Assembly: GCA_963668355.1 (NCBI GenBank)
Contig: OY764265.1
Location: 2,432,001-2,496,000, forward strand
Source of the DNA: Bdellovibrionota bacterium
GTDB taxonomy: Bacteria > Bdellovibrionota_G > JALEGL01 > DATDPG01
Length of the DNA: 64,000 nucleotides
Reading direction: 5' to 3'
Below are positions 47,610-57,257 of the stretch, piece after piece (position 1 is the stretch's first letter; each line of letters starts with the position of its first letter). The notes below the pieces were generated by a model, which searched no databases, was not told the DNA's origin, and saw only the letters and a program-made list of their open reading frames with translations. The position numbers and the translations under genes were made by a program.

Positions 47610-49064
47610 CTACTTTTTGGCATTGACCTTGCTGAGCAAGGTTTGAATGACATCCGAAGCCGAAAAGGAAAGATTCCCCGATTTGAAAAAACGAGAAATA
47701 TTATTCACATCATTCCCAATGGTGATCAGGGGTTTTTCAATGTAACCGGATTTTTGTTGTTGGGGGTATCCCACATTGGTCATCAGGGCATTGCATAAAC
47801 ATTTTCGACCCTTGGTTTCCTCAACGGTTCCACCTTTCGCCACATAGTCACTGACAGGTTCTGCCGCACACCGGTATCCGAGCGTTCCATTTTCTTTTTT
47901 ATAGGGCTGTCGAAGATATCCCAGGTCGCATATTCGCGGCCGCTTTTGATACTCATCGGGTTCCGAGTTGGTTTTCGAAATCCGAGCGACTTTAAAAGGA
48001 AAACCGGTGGGGGAGGCTTTGGCATCGGTGACGACGTCCACCTGCCTGGAGCTGGCTCTGTCCAGCAAAGTGTTTCTAAGGTCGTCGGTCAAGCCGGACT
48101 CTTGGCAAAGAGCAAACGGGGTTCCCACCTGAATACCGGAAGCACCTTCCTGTATGGCCTGTTCAAGGGCCTCAGGACTTCCATAGGAACCGGCCAGCCA
48201 AAAAGGCTTTCCAAGCTCACGAAATCCGCTCAGAAGCACTTCGTCTTTTTGACCATAAACGGGCTCTCCCCGTTCATTAATGGGGTATTTCCCTCGGGGA
48301 GGGGCATTGTGTCCTCCGGCCGTTGCTCCCTCCACAATAAAACCATCAATACAACCGGAAGATTTCTTCAGAAGAGATTTGGCCAAGGCCACGGACGAAA
48401 CGATGGCCAGAAACTTTGGACGATTTAACTTTTCTTTAACTTTTTCAATGATGTCTTTGGGGGAAAATTTCACATGAAAGGCGTCGGAGACGCTGCCTCC
48501 CAATACGGGCAAGGACAGCTTTGCCATCTTGTGTTGAGAAAATAGATCCAGCACTTTTGGAATCTCACGAGGAATGCCTGCTCCCATCAAAACGTAGTCC
48601 ACCTTGGCTAACATCGCCCCATAGATGCTCGAAAGATTGACCATCTGAAGTTTCTCCAGGTAGTTAATTCCAACCTTTCCCTTGTGACCTTCTTTCGCCA
48701 AAAACACTTCCACGAAATTGGAAACCACCGTCAATTCTCGAAGCTCTTTTGACAGGGTTTGCTTGATCATGCTGGCTCTGGCAAAGGGCTTGTTTGCTTC
48801 CAGCCCTTCCGGCGAAAAATATTTCTTTAAAATTTGTTCGACCATTTCTGGGACTGGAAATTGCTCCATGGCGCGTCGGATATGCCCCCCTGGGTCTCCA
48901 CTTTGAAGTCGTCGAATCATCAGAGAGTCTAAGCAGGATCCGGAGACCACCCCCAGTTGGCCTAGAGAAGACACTGCCTTGGCCAAAGTCCAATTGGATA
49001 CACCAACCCCCATTCCTCCTTGGATGATCATAGGCTCAAAATGAGAAGCTAACGTGGTGGTCAT
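47610..49064 (-). CDS. Nitronate monooxygenase-like flavoprotein
   Basis: IIQGGMGVGVS, EGATAGGH, GIQVGT and SPTGFPFK motifs. Confidence 0.85.
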   Translation of the reverse strand: MTTTLASHFEPMIIQGGMGVGVSNWTLAKAVSSLGQLGVVSGSCLDSLMIRRLQSGDPGGHIRRAMEQFPVPEMVEQILKKYFSPEGLEANKPFARASMIKQTLSKELRELTVVSNFVEVFLAKEGHKGKVGINYLEKLQMVNLSSIYGAMLAKVDYVLMGAGIPREIPKVLDLFSQHKMAKLSLPVLGGSVSDAFHVKFSPKDIIEKVKEKLNRPKFLAIVSSVALAKSLLKKSSGCIDGFIVEGATAGGHNAPPRGKYPINERGEPVYGQKDEVLLSGFRELGKPFWLAGSYGSPEALEQAIQEGASGIQVGTPFALCQESGLTDDLRNTLLDRASSRQVDVVTDAKASPTGFPFKVARISKTNSEPDEYQKRPRICDLGYLRQPYKKENGTLGYRCAAEPVSDYVAKGGTVEETKGRKCLCNALMTNVGYPQQQKSGYIEKPLITIGNDVNNISRFFKSGNLSFSASDVIQTLLSKVNAKK

Positions 49065-49330
49065 AGTGGTATTGCTCTACTTTATTTCAAAATTCACGCG
49101 AGAATGGATTCGCTGTTTTGCCACAAAACGTTTGCGAATCATATGTTTTTTTGAAAACTTTCAAAGGCTTAAGCTTCCTAAACTCACTGGAGCCCATTCT
49201 TTTGAAGGGCTCAATCTTGATAAACTAGTATTTTACGACGACTTTTAGAGAAAAAGCAAAAAACATGATTAAAATCATGAAAAAACATGAATAGTCATCC
49301 TAAAGGGTAAGTCCAAAGCGGAGAAGAGGC

Positions 49331-49378
49331 TTGTCCTGAAAAATGGAACGTGGTAAAATGATATTGATAATTGTTATC
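49331..49378 (+). promoter_or_regulatory. feoAB promoter with Fur box
   Basis: TTGTCC (49331), 17 bp, TAAAAT (49354); GATATTGATAATTGTTATC (49360-49378) matches the 19-bp Fur consensus at 16/19. Confidence 0.82.
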
Positions 49379-49390
49379 AGTTATGTTTAG

Positions 49391-49618
49391 GTGGCGGAAG
49401 ATATGAACTTGGAAACAGTTAAAGCGGGATTTGAGGGCGTGGTTCAATCCATTTCGGGCGAAAATGTGATTGTGTCTCGATTGTACGAATTGGGATTTTT
49501 ACCCGGCGAAAAAATTCGGGTGGTCATGAAAGCCCTCTTTGGCGGTCCTGTTGTGGTGAGTGTGCGCGGGACATCTGTTGCGCTCAGACGCAGCGAGGCT
49601 GTTTGCATCAAAGTGTGA
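49391..49618 (+). CDS. feoA: Ferrous iron transport protein A
   Basis: RLYELGFLPG...GGPVVV...VALRRSEA. Confidence 0.93.
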   Translation: MAEDMNLETVKAGFEGVVQSISGENVIVSRLYELGFLPGEKIRVVMKALFGGPVVVSVRGTSVALRRSEAVCIKV

Positions 49619-49631
49619 ATGCTTTTCTTCC

Positions 49632-51566
49632 GTGACTCAACCCCTTCCGACATTCAGTGAGAAACCAAAATCGGATTCCGGGTTCGTGGCCCTGGTGGGA
49701 TGTCCCAACTCCGGCAAGACCACGTTATTCAACCGTTTGACGCTTAGCCAATGCCAAGCCGTCAACTATCCTGGGGCCACGGTCGACTACTGTCATGGCT
49801 CTTTGGCTGCGAAATTTGGGGGACCATTGGAGATGGTGGATACCCCAGGCACTTACTCCCTGTTTCCCAAATCTCCTGAAGAGCAGGTTGCGAAAAATGT
49901 CTTATATGATCGTCCGGGAGTCGGTCCGGCTCAGTTGGTGGTGGTTGTTGTCGACTCGACGCAGCTGTCTCGTCATCTCTTCTTGGTCGAACAGTTGAGA
50001 GAAGCCTCTTTTCGGTTGGTGGTGGCTTTGACAATGTCCGATATCCTCCAAAAGAACGAAGAACAAATCGATGAGCGAAGATTGTCTGAACATTTAGGTT
50101 GCCCGGTCGTGTCGGTCTCTGGTGCCACAGGTGAGGGCATGGAAGACTTGGCAGATTGCATTCGGAAAGAATTTGAAAAACCCATTCCTTCTTCTCCTGT
50201 GGATATTCCGAATTGGACCGTGACCAAAGCAGAGGAGGTTCTTCAGAGATTGGGAATTCTTGCGCAGTCGGTTCGGGTTTCGAACTCCGAGAACCTAGAT
50301 TTGTCAAAATCCAAGAAGGATACAACGGCTTGGTTGGATGGATTCCTCCTGCATCGAATTTGGGGAGGCATCATCTTTGTGGGGATCATGGCCCTCATTT
50401 TTTCATCCATTTTTTGGGCGGCTACGCCCTTGATGGAATGGGTGGATACCGGTTTTAGTTGGTTGGCCGATTGGGTAGTTTCCCGCTCGCCCGATTCTCT
50501 CTGGGCGGATTTATTGGGCAATGGGGTGATTGCGAGTTTTGGTGCCGTTTTGGTATTTGTGCCCCAAGTGGCGATTCTCTTTATGGGGATCACCTTGTTG
50601 GAAGATAGTGGGTATTTGGCTAGGGCCGCTTCGATCATTGATCGACCCCTTTCCCAAATTGGATTGAATGGAAGGTCGTTTGTTCCTTTGTTATCCGGCT
50701 ATGCTTGCGCCATCCCGGCCATGTTGGCTGCCAGAACCATCTCCAGCCGAAAAGAGCGATGGCTGACGTTGTTCATCATTCCGCTGATGAGCTGCAGTGC
50801 TCGTTTACCTGTTTATGCGTTGTTGTTGGCTTTTCTCTTTGTGGATGCTCCTGCTTGGCAACCGGGACTGATTTTGGCGTTCATTTATTTGTCGTCTTTG
50901 GTGGTCGGAAGTTTGGTTGCCGCTTTGGTCAATCGGATGGTGAAATTTGAAGGACCGTCCTTTTTTCTCATGGAACTTCCCAAGTATCGTAAGCCGCAAT
51001 GGAGTACCGTTTTAAAGAATGTTCAGTTAAAGACCACGCTTTATGTCAAAAAAGCTGGCCCGCCCATTTTTATTTTTGCGATTGTCTTTTGGGCCTTATC
51101 CACGTTTCCAAATTTTAAAGCGGAAGATCCAAACGTACAGTTGAAAGACAGTTATGCGGCCCAAATGGGCCGTGTCATCGAACCGGTTATGGAACCCTTG
51201 GGCGGCGATTGGCGAACGGGGACAGCTTTAATTTCCGCATTTACGGCAAGGGAAGTGTTTGTCTCGGCTTTAGTGATCGTATTCAATGTTTCTGGAGACT
51301 CCGATGAATCCATTCAGACCGGCTTGCTCAATCGAATGCGAGAAGCCAGGGGGAGGGACGGGTATCCTCTGTTTACCACTTCCTCGATCATTGGGTTGTT
51401 GATCTTTTTCATGATTTCCCTGCAGTGCATTGCCACCGTTGGAGTGGCTCGGAGGGAGTTTGGAAATTGGCATATGCCCGTGATTCAACTCGTGGCGTTC
51501 AATCTTCTGGGGTACGCGTTGGCGGTTCTGGCCGTTCAGGGACTGAGGGCTTTCGGCGTCGCATAA
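49632..51566 (+). CDS. feoB: Ferrous iron transport protein B
   Basis: GCPNSGKTT, NYPGATV, DTPGTYSL, LEDSGYLAR and MSCSARLPVY motifs; GTG start inferred. Confidence 0.95.
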   Translation: MTQPLPTFSEKPKSDSGFVALVGCPNSGKTTLFNRLTLSQCQAVNYPGATVDYCHGSLAAKFGGPLEMVDTPGTYSLFPKSPEEQVAKNVLYDRPGVGPAQLVVVVVDSTQLSRHLFLVEQLREASFRLVVALTMSDILQKNEEQIDERRLSEHLGCPVVSVSGATGEGMEDLADCIRKEFEKPIPSSPVDIPNWTVTKAEEVLQRLGILAQSVRVSNSENLDLSKSKKDTTAWLDGFLLHRIWGGIIFVGIMALIFSSIFWAATPLMEWVDTGFSWLADWVVSRSPDSLWADLLGNGVIASFGAVLVFVPQVAILFMGITLLEDSGYLARAASIIDRPLSQIGLNGRSFVPLLSGYACAIPAMLAARTISSRKERWLTLFIIPLMSCSARLPVYALLLAFLFVDAPAWQPGLILAFIYLSSLVVGSLVAALVNRMVKFEGPSFFLMELPKYRKPQWSTVLKNVQLKTTLYVKKAGPPIFIFAIVFWALSTFPNFKAEDPNVQLKDSYAAQMGRVIEPVMEPLGGDWRTGTALISAFTAREVFVSALVIVFNVSGDSDESIQTGLLNRMREARGRDGYPLFTTSSIIGLLIFFMISLQCIATVGVARREFGNWHMPVIQLVAFNLLGYALAVLAVQGLRAFGVA

Positions 51567-51715
51567 AATCCATGGGGTTTCAATAGGTTACCCATTCAAA
51601 AAGCAAAAATTAATTCTCAAAACCTGATTCAGAACAGTTTTTTATGCCTTTAACGAGGTATATCTTTAACCTAGTTAATGAATGTTTTTTTGGAAATGAG
51701 AGCCGGGGCGTTTGA

Positions 51716-52312
51716 ATGAAAATGGAGAGCCGCAGCAGGTTAGTCAATGATTTTGTGGCGAGCATCAACATCCTCCTCTCCGGAATCGACGAACTCATTC
51801 AAAATCGGTTTTTCAAGGAAGTCACGGAGGCGGTGAGCTTCTCTCAACTCAAAGTTTTAATGCTGATCGCCCGAACCAAGGGCGGAACGATCACCAATGT
51901 GGCTACTTATTTGAGAATTTCTCTTCCCGCCGCAAGCAAGTCCGTCAACAAACTCGTCCAACAAAATTTAATTCAGCGAACTTCGCATGGAGATGATCGA
52001 AGAAAAAATGAATTGGTTTTAACACGAGAGGGAGAAACCCTTTTGAGTCGGTACTACGCCATTCAAACGGAGGCGTTAAACGAGTTGTTTTCAGCGATTC
52101 CAGACGAAAGCATGACCAATATTACTTCCCAATTGGACCAGATGGCCACGTCCCTTCGGAATCATCAAGACGCTCCCAAAGAGCTTTGTTATCGGTGTGG
52201 GGTTTATTTTCGCAACAAATGTTTGAGGAGAGAGGATGAAAACTGCAGCTGCTACCCGCATCCTTTTTCTTTTGACGAAAACGCTAAGGAGAAAGAAACA
52301 TGCAATCAGTGA
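51716..52312 (+). CDS. MarR family regulator with Cys-rich C-terminal extension
   Basis: Winged HTH with DDRRK..LVLTREG; tail CYRCGVYFRNKCLRREDENCSC. Confidence 0.85.
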   Translation: MKMESRSRLVNDFVASINILLSGIDELIQNRFFKEVTEAVSFSQLKVLMLIARTKGGTITNVATYLRISLPAASKSVNKLVQQNLIQRTSHGDDRRKNELVLTREGETLLSRYYAIQTEALNELFSAIPDESMTNITSQLDQMATSLRNHQDAPKELCYRCGVYFRNKCLRREDENCSCYPHPFSFDENAKEKETCNQ

Positions 52313-52887
52313 TTCGGAAAGAATCCGAACGAGATCCAAAATTTTCTCAGTGGATTGGAAGTTTTGCCAAAAACATACGCCAGTGCATTCATTGCGGACA
52401 GTGCAGTAGCAGTTGTCCCTTGTCCGGTTACATGGATAAAACCCCTCGTCGTTTGATGCATTTGGCCCGTGAAGGCTTTAAGGAAGATGTTTTACAAAGC
52501 TTTGCATTATGGCTGTGCACCAGTTGCTACTCTTGCCATGTGAAATGCCCTCGAGACATCGAAGTGACCGATGTCATGTATGCCCTAAAACGAAAGGCCA
52601 TTGAAGAAGGTTACTACCCAAAAAGATTTGCAATTCCGGTGTTGGCCAAAGAGTTCCGAAACATGGTTTATAACAACGGACGAATTTCAGAATCCGAGTT
52701 GGTGGTTCGTTTGAAGCTCAAAACCAATCCGTTCAGCATGCTTAAAATGGCGGGGCTTGGAATCAATTTGTTGAAGACGGGTCGCTTTTCCCTCAAGCGG
52801 GAAAAAATTCGAAACAAAAAACAATTGCAAACACTTTTGGATTCCCTGGAAACGGTTCGCCAGGGAAAATCTAAGGAGGCTGCGTGA
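52300..52887 (+). CDS. hdrC: Heterodisulfide reductase subunit C
   Basis: CIHCGQCSSSCP and WLCTSCYSCHVKCPR. Confidence 0.9.
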   Translation: MQSVIRKESERDPKFSQWIGSFAKNIRQCIHCGQCSSSCPLSGYMDKTPRRLMHLAREGFKEDVLQSFALWLCTSCYSCHVKCPRDIEVTDVMYALKRKAIEEGYYPKRFAIPVLAKEFRNMVYNNGRISESELVVRLKLKTNPFSMLKMAGLGINLLKTGRFSLKREKIRNKKQLQTLLDSLETVRQGKSKEAA

Positions 52888-53765
52888 TGAAGAAGATTCC
52901 ATATTATCCCGGTTGTTCCATTAAGGGTACTGGGCTTGCTTACGAAGAATCTCTCAAGGCCACGCTGAAAGTCTTGGGGGGAGAATTGGACGAAATTGAA
53001 GACTGGAATTGTTGTGGTGCCACGGCCTACATGGCGACTGACAAGCTTCGTGCGATTGCTTTGGCGGGACGCAATCTTGCCATGGCCGAAGAAAAAGGCG
53101 CGGAAGATCTCATGGTCCCCTGCAATGCTTGCTACCTTGTTTTAAACAAAACCCGCAAACAAATGGCTGAGGATCCAGAGGTTGCGGAACAGGTAGGAGA
53201 GGCAATGAAAAAAGCGGGCCTTTCCTACAAGGGAAAAACCAACGTCAAGCATCCGTTAGAAATTTTCTTGAATGATTTTGGTCTCGATTTGATCAAAGAA
53301 AAAACGGTGAAACCATTGAAGGGGATGAAAATTGCTCCTTACTATGGATGTCAGATTGTTCGCCCGTATTCATTTTTCGACGATCAACATGACCCAACTT
53401 CCATGGATCGAATCCTGAAAACTCTTGGGGCAGAGGTTGTGGATTATCCCTATAAAACGCGTTGTTGCGGGGGAAGCCAGACGGGAACCCTCCCGGAAAT
53501 CGGGCTGGATTTGGTTCATATGCTGCTCAAAGAGGCTCAAGACCGAGGCGCGGATGCCATTTCGGTGGTCTGTCCGCTATGCCAATTTAACTTGGATGGC
53601 TATCAAGACATGGTTCAGGCCAAGTTTGGTTTAAAACCAATGCCGATTCTTTACCTTACGCAGTTCATGGCGATGGCCTTTGGTTGTAAGGAGAAAGAAG
53701 CTGCACTGAATCGGGGAATTGTTCCGGCCAAGTGTCTAATGAGAAAGGAAAAAGCTCATGTCTAA
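52884..53765 (+). CDS. hdrB: Heterodisulfide reductase subunit B
   Basis: YYPGC, WNCCGA, YYGCQ, RCCGG and CPLCQFNLD (two CCG domains). Confidence 0.93.
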   Translation: MMKKIPYYPGCSIKGTGLAYEESLKATLKVLGGELDEIEDWNCCGATAYMATDKLRAIALAGRNLAMAEEKGAEDLMVPCNACYLVLNKTRKQMAEDPEVAEQVGEAMKKAGLSYKGKTNVKHPLEIFLNDFGLDLIKEKTVKPLKGMKIAPYYGCQIVRPYSFFDDQHDPTSMDRILKTLGAEVVDYPYKTRCCGGSQTGTLPEIGLDLVHMLLKEAQDRGADAISVVCPLCQFNLDGYQDMVQAKFGLKPMPILYLTQFMAMAFGCKEKEAALNRGIVPAKCLMRKEKAHV

Positions 53766-55785
53766 AACAAACGGGCAAGACAACGTCATCCAGTTGAAAA
53801 GAGATGGTGAAACGGAAGAAGTTCGCATTGGTGTTTATGTTTGTCATTGCGGAACCAACATCGCTTCGACCATCGATGTGAATGAATGTGCCAAAGTGGC
53901 TTCGGATTTGCCGGGAGTCATTCTCTCTCGGGAATACAAATACATGTGCTCGGATCCTGGGCAGGTTTTGATTCAAGAAGACATTAAAAAACATCAATTG
54001 AATCGCGTGGTGGTGGCTTCCTGTTCGCCTTGCTTACATGAAACGACCTTCCGGAATGCGCTGCAAGGTGGAGGACTAAATCCCTTCTTTTTCCAAATGG
54101 TGAACATTCGAGAACATGCTTCTTGGGTTCACGCGGACAAACAAGCCGCTACACAAAAGGCCAATGACCTCATTCGAGCGGCCGTCCGTCGGGTTCAATA
54201 TCATCGCTCTCTAGAACGAAGGCGTGTCGACGTCGACGGCCATGTTTTGGTTGTCGGTGGGGGAATTGCCGGAATTCATGCAGCCCTTACGATGGCGAAT
54301 GCCGGTAAAAAAGTCTATCTGGTGGAAAGAGAGCCGAGCATTGGCGGGCATATGGCCCAGTTTGACAAGACATTCCCCACATTGGATTGCGCGGCATGTA
54401 TTTTAACTCCGAAGATGACGGATGTTGCGAAGCACCCCAACATCACGATGTGGACCTTGTCCGAAGTGGAAAAAGTGGATGGGTACGTGGGTAATTTTGA
54501 CGTCACTGTACTTCGAAAACCGCGATACATTGAAGAAGACCTCTGTGTCGGATGCTTGGAATGCGTAGACTCTTGCGTGTATCAAAAAGGAAAGGTCTAT
54601 GATGAGTTCAATGCGGGGTTAAGCATGCGAAAACCCGTTGCCATGCCTTTCCCTCAGGCCGTTCCACAGAAAGTCTTTTTCGATCCCGAAACCTGTTTGT
54701 TTTTGAAAAATGGAAAATGTAAACAAACCTGTTTGGAAGGGTGTGGAGAGCGGAACGCGATCAATTTCAACCAAAAGGAAAAACGGGAAGTCATTCGCGT
54801 TGGAACCATTGTTCTGGCAACCGGTTTTCAAACCTTTGATCCTCACCGTGCCCCGGAATACGGTTATGGCAAATATCCCGGAGTGTACACCTCCCTCGAG
54901 ATCGAGCGGCTGGTGAATGCTTCCGGACCGACCGAAGGTCACGTGGTGATGCGAAATGGCAAAAAACCAAAACGAATTGGAATCGTTCACTGCGTTGGAA
55001 GCCGAGATAAGAAACACAATGAACATTGTTCCCGCGTGTGTTGCATGTACTCCTTAAAGCTTGCTCATCTTTTGAAAGAGAAATGCGATGCGGAAGTCTA
55101 TGATTTCTACATTGACATGAGAACTCCTGGAAAAGGTTTTGAGGAGTTTTACAATCGAGTGGCAGAAGAAGGTGTTCATTTTATCCGTGGAAAAGTGGCC
55201 AGTGTAAAACCCGGACTCAATGGCGATGACGAAATTGTGGCCGAGGTGGAAGATACCCTTGCTGGAATGGTTCGAGAAATCGAATTGGATATGTTGGTTC
55301 TTTCCGTGGGCTTGGAAGCCCAAAAGGACGCGGAAGAAGTTCGGCGACGATTCAATATTAGCTGTTCTCAAGGAGGCTTCTTTACGGAAAAACATCCAAA
55401 GCTAGCTCCGGTGAGCACGTTGAGCGACGGCATTTATCTTGCGGGCGCATGTCAAGGCCCTCGAGATATTCCAGATACCGTGGCCCAGGCCGGGGGAGCT
55501 GCGGCGGAAGCCTTAGCCTTAATGGATCGAGGCTATGTCGAAATGGAACCAAACACGGCTTATGTTTTGGAAGAAGATTGTTCGGGATGCAAAACATGTT
55601 TGGATGTGTGTCCGTATAATGCCGTTTCCAGGGACAATGAGAAGGGGGTGGCAAACATCAACCCCGTGCTCTGTAAAGGGTGTGGCACTTGTGTGGCAGC
55701 CTGTCCCTCGGGATCGATTGTCCAAAATCTGTATGAAGACGAAATGATTATGGAAGAAATCAGAGGAGTATTGACTCATGCCTGA
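53758..55785 (+). CDS. hdrA: Heterodisulfide reductase subunit A
   Basis: GVYVCHCGTNI, GGGIAG, DKTFPTLDC and CSRVCC motifs; C-terminal ferredoxin domain. Confidence 0.96.
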   Translation: MSKTNGQDNVIQLKRDGETEEVRIGVYVCHCGTNIASTIDVNECAKVASDLPGVILSREYKYMCSDPGQVLIQEDIKKHQLNRVVVASCSPCLHETTFRNALQGGGLNPFFFQMVNIREHASWVHADKQAATQKANDLIRAAVRRVQYHRSLERRRVDVDGHVLVVGGGIAGIHAALTMANAGKKVYLVEREPSIGGHMAQFDKTFPTLDCAACILTPKMTDVAKHPNITMWTLSEVEKVDGYVGNFDVTVLRKPRYIEEDLCVGCLECVDSCVYQKGKVYDEFNAGLSMRKPVAMPFPQAVPQKVFFDPETCLFLKNGKCKQTCLEGCGERNAINFNQKEKREVIRVGTIVLATGFQTFDPHRAPEYGYGKYPGVYTSLEIERLVNASGPTEGHVVMRNGKKPKRIGIVHCVGSRDKKHNEHCSRVCCMYSLKLAHLLKEKCDAEVYDFYIDMRTPGKGFEEFYNRVAEEGVHFIRGKVASVKPGLNGDDEIVAEVEDTLAGMVREIELDMLVLSVGLEAQKDAEEVRRRFNISCSQGGFFTEKHPKLAPVSTLSDGIYLAGACQGPRDIPDTVAQAGGAAAEALALMDRGYVEMEPNTAYVLEEDCSGCKTCLDVCPYNAVSRDNEKGVANINPVLCKGCGTCVAACPSGSIVQNLYEDEMIMEEIRGVLTHA

Positions 55786-56257
55786 AACCAACGAAAATTT
55801 TGAGCCTAGAATTCTTTGTATTTTTTGCAATTGGTGCACGTACCTCGCAGCAGACTTGGCAGGCGTGTCCCGTTTGAAATATGCACCTAACGCTCGAATT
55901 GTAAAAGTGATGTGCTCCGGAAGAGTTGATCCACAATTCGTTTTTGAGGCATTTTCGAACGGAGCCGACGCGGTGCTCTTGGGTGGTTGTCATCCCGGCG
56001 ATTGTCACTATCAAGAAGGCAATTATAAGTGTTTGCGTCGGTATAAACTTCTCAAGCGCGTGATTTCCGGAATGGGCATTGAGGAAGACCGCTTCCGTCT
56101 TGAATGGATCTCAGCAGCTGAAGCCGACAAATTGAGAGACGTGATGAACGATATGGTGGCAAAAGTTAAGAAACTTGGCCCTTTGAACATGACTGTGCCG
56201 AGTGAAAATTTTCCCACGCTCGGAGAGGAAGAAAAGAAAGAATTGAGGGCATCATGA
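55778..56257 (+). CDS. mvhD: Hydrogenase Fe-S subunit MvhD
   Basis: FCNWCTY, MCSGRVDP, GCHPGDCHY and WISAAE motifs. Confidence 0.95.
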   Translation: MPETNENFEPRILCIFCNWCTYLAADLAGVSRLKYAPNARIVKVMCSGRVDPQFVFEAFSNGADAVLLGGCHPGDCHYQEGNYKCLRRYKLLKRVISGMGIEEDRFRLEWISAAEADKLRDVMNDMVAKVKKLGPLNMTVPSENFPTLGEEEKKELRAS

Positions 56258-57234
56258 GTGAGAAACCAAAAGTTGGCTTTTATTGGTGTGCGAGTTGTGG
56301 TGGTTGTGAAGAATCCGTTGTCGACCTAGCCGAAAACATTTTGGATGTTGTCAATGCCGTCGATATCGTGTTTTGGCCTGTTGCTTTGGACTTCAAACGA
56401 AAAGATGTGGAAGCCATGGAAGATGGCTCCATCTTTGCGACCTTCATCAATGGAGCCATTCGAACGACCGAACAAGAGGAAATGGCTCATCTTTTACGCA
56501 AAAAATCCAAAGTCGTGATTGCGTACGGATCATGTTCTCAATTGGGCGGCATTCCTGGATTGGCAAACCAATTCGATAAGGAAAGCATTTTTAAAGAGGT
56601 GTATGAGGATTCTCAGATTGTTGAGAACCCCCAAAAGGTTCGCCCACAGACGGTTACCGAAGAAGAGGGCCGGAAGGTTGAGCTTCCGGGGTTCTATCAA
56701 ACTGTTCGCTCCCTTCATCAAGTGATTGATGTGGATTACTCTGTTCCAGGCTGCGCTCCGACTCCGAAAGTGACGTTGGATGCCATTCAAACCTTGTTAA
56801 GTGGAAACCTTCCGCCCAAGGGAGCTGTGTTGACCACGGATCAGGCGCTGTGCCGAGAGTGTCCACGGATTGATTCAAAACCCGAAGATCTAAAGATCAC
56901 CGAATTCAAACGCCCTTGGGAAGTCATGATCGACGAAGAAAAATGTCTTCTGGCTCAAGGAATTCTCTGCATGGGGGTTGCGACTCGTGGAGGATGCGGG
57001 GCTCAGTGCATCGAAGGAAATATGCCTTGTACCGGTTGTTTCGGACCCACGGGGCGTGTGGATGATTTTGGTGGAAAGCTTTTATCCGGAATCTGTTCTC
57101 TTGTGGGCAGCGATGACGAAGAGGAAATCGAGAAAATCTTAAGTGCGATTCCTGATCCCATTGGGACATTTTATCGGTATAGTTTGGCCGATTCGATTCT
57201 TCGAAGATCCAAATTGAGTGATTCAAGCAAATAA
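56254..57234 (+). CDS. mvhG: Group 3c [NiFe]-hydrogenase small subunit
   Basis: CASCGGCE, PGCAP, CLLAQGILCMG and PCTGCFGP motifs. Confidence 0.92.
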   Translation: MSEKPKVGFYWCASCGGCEESVVDLAENILDVVNAVDIVFWPVALDFKRKDVEAMEDGSIFATFINGAIRTTEQEEMAHLLRKKSKVVIAYGSCSQLGGIPGLANQFDKESIFKEVYEDSQIVENPQKVRPQTVTEEEGRKVELPGFYQTVRSLHQVIDVDYSVPGCAPTPKVTLDAIQTLLSGNLPPKGAVLTTDQALCRECPRIDSKPEDLKITEFKRPWEVMIDEEKCLLAQGILCMGVATRGGCGAQCIEGNMPCTGCFGPTGRVDDFGGKLLSGICSLVGSDDEEEIEKILSAIPDPIGTFYRYSLADSILRRSKLSDSSK

Positions 57235-57257
57235 TCTTAGATTAAAGAGGAAAAAAC

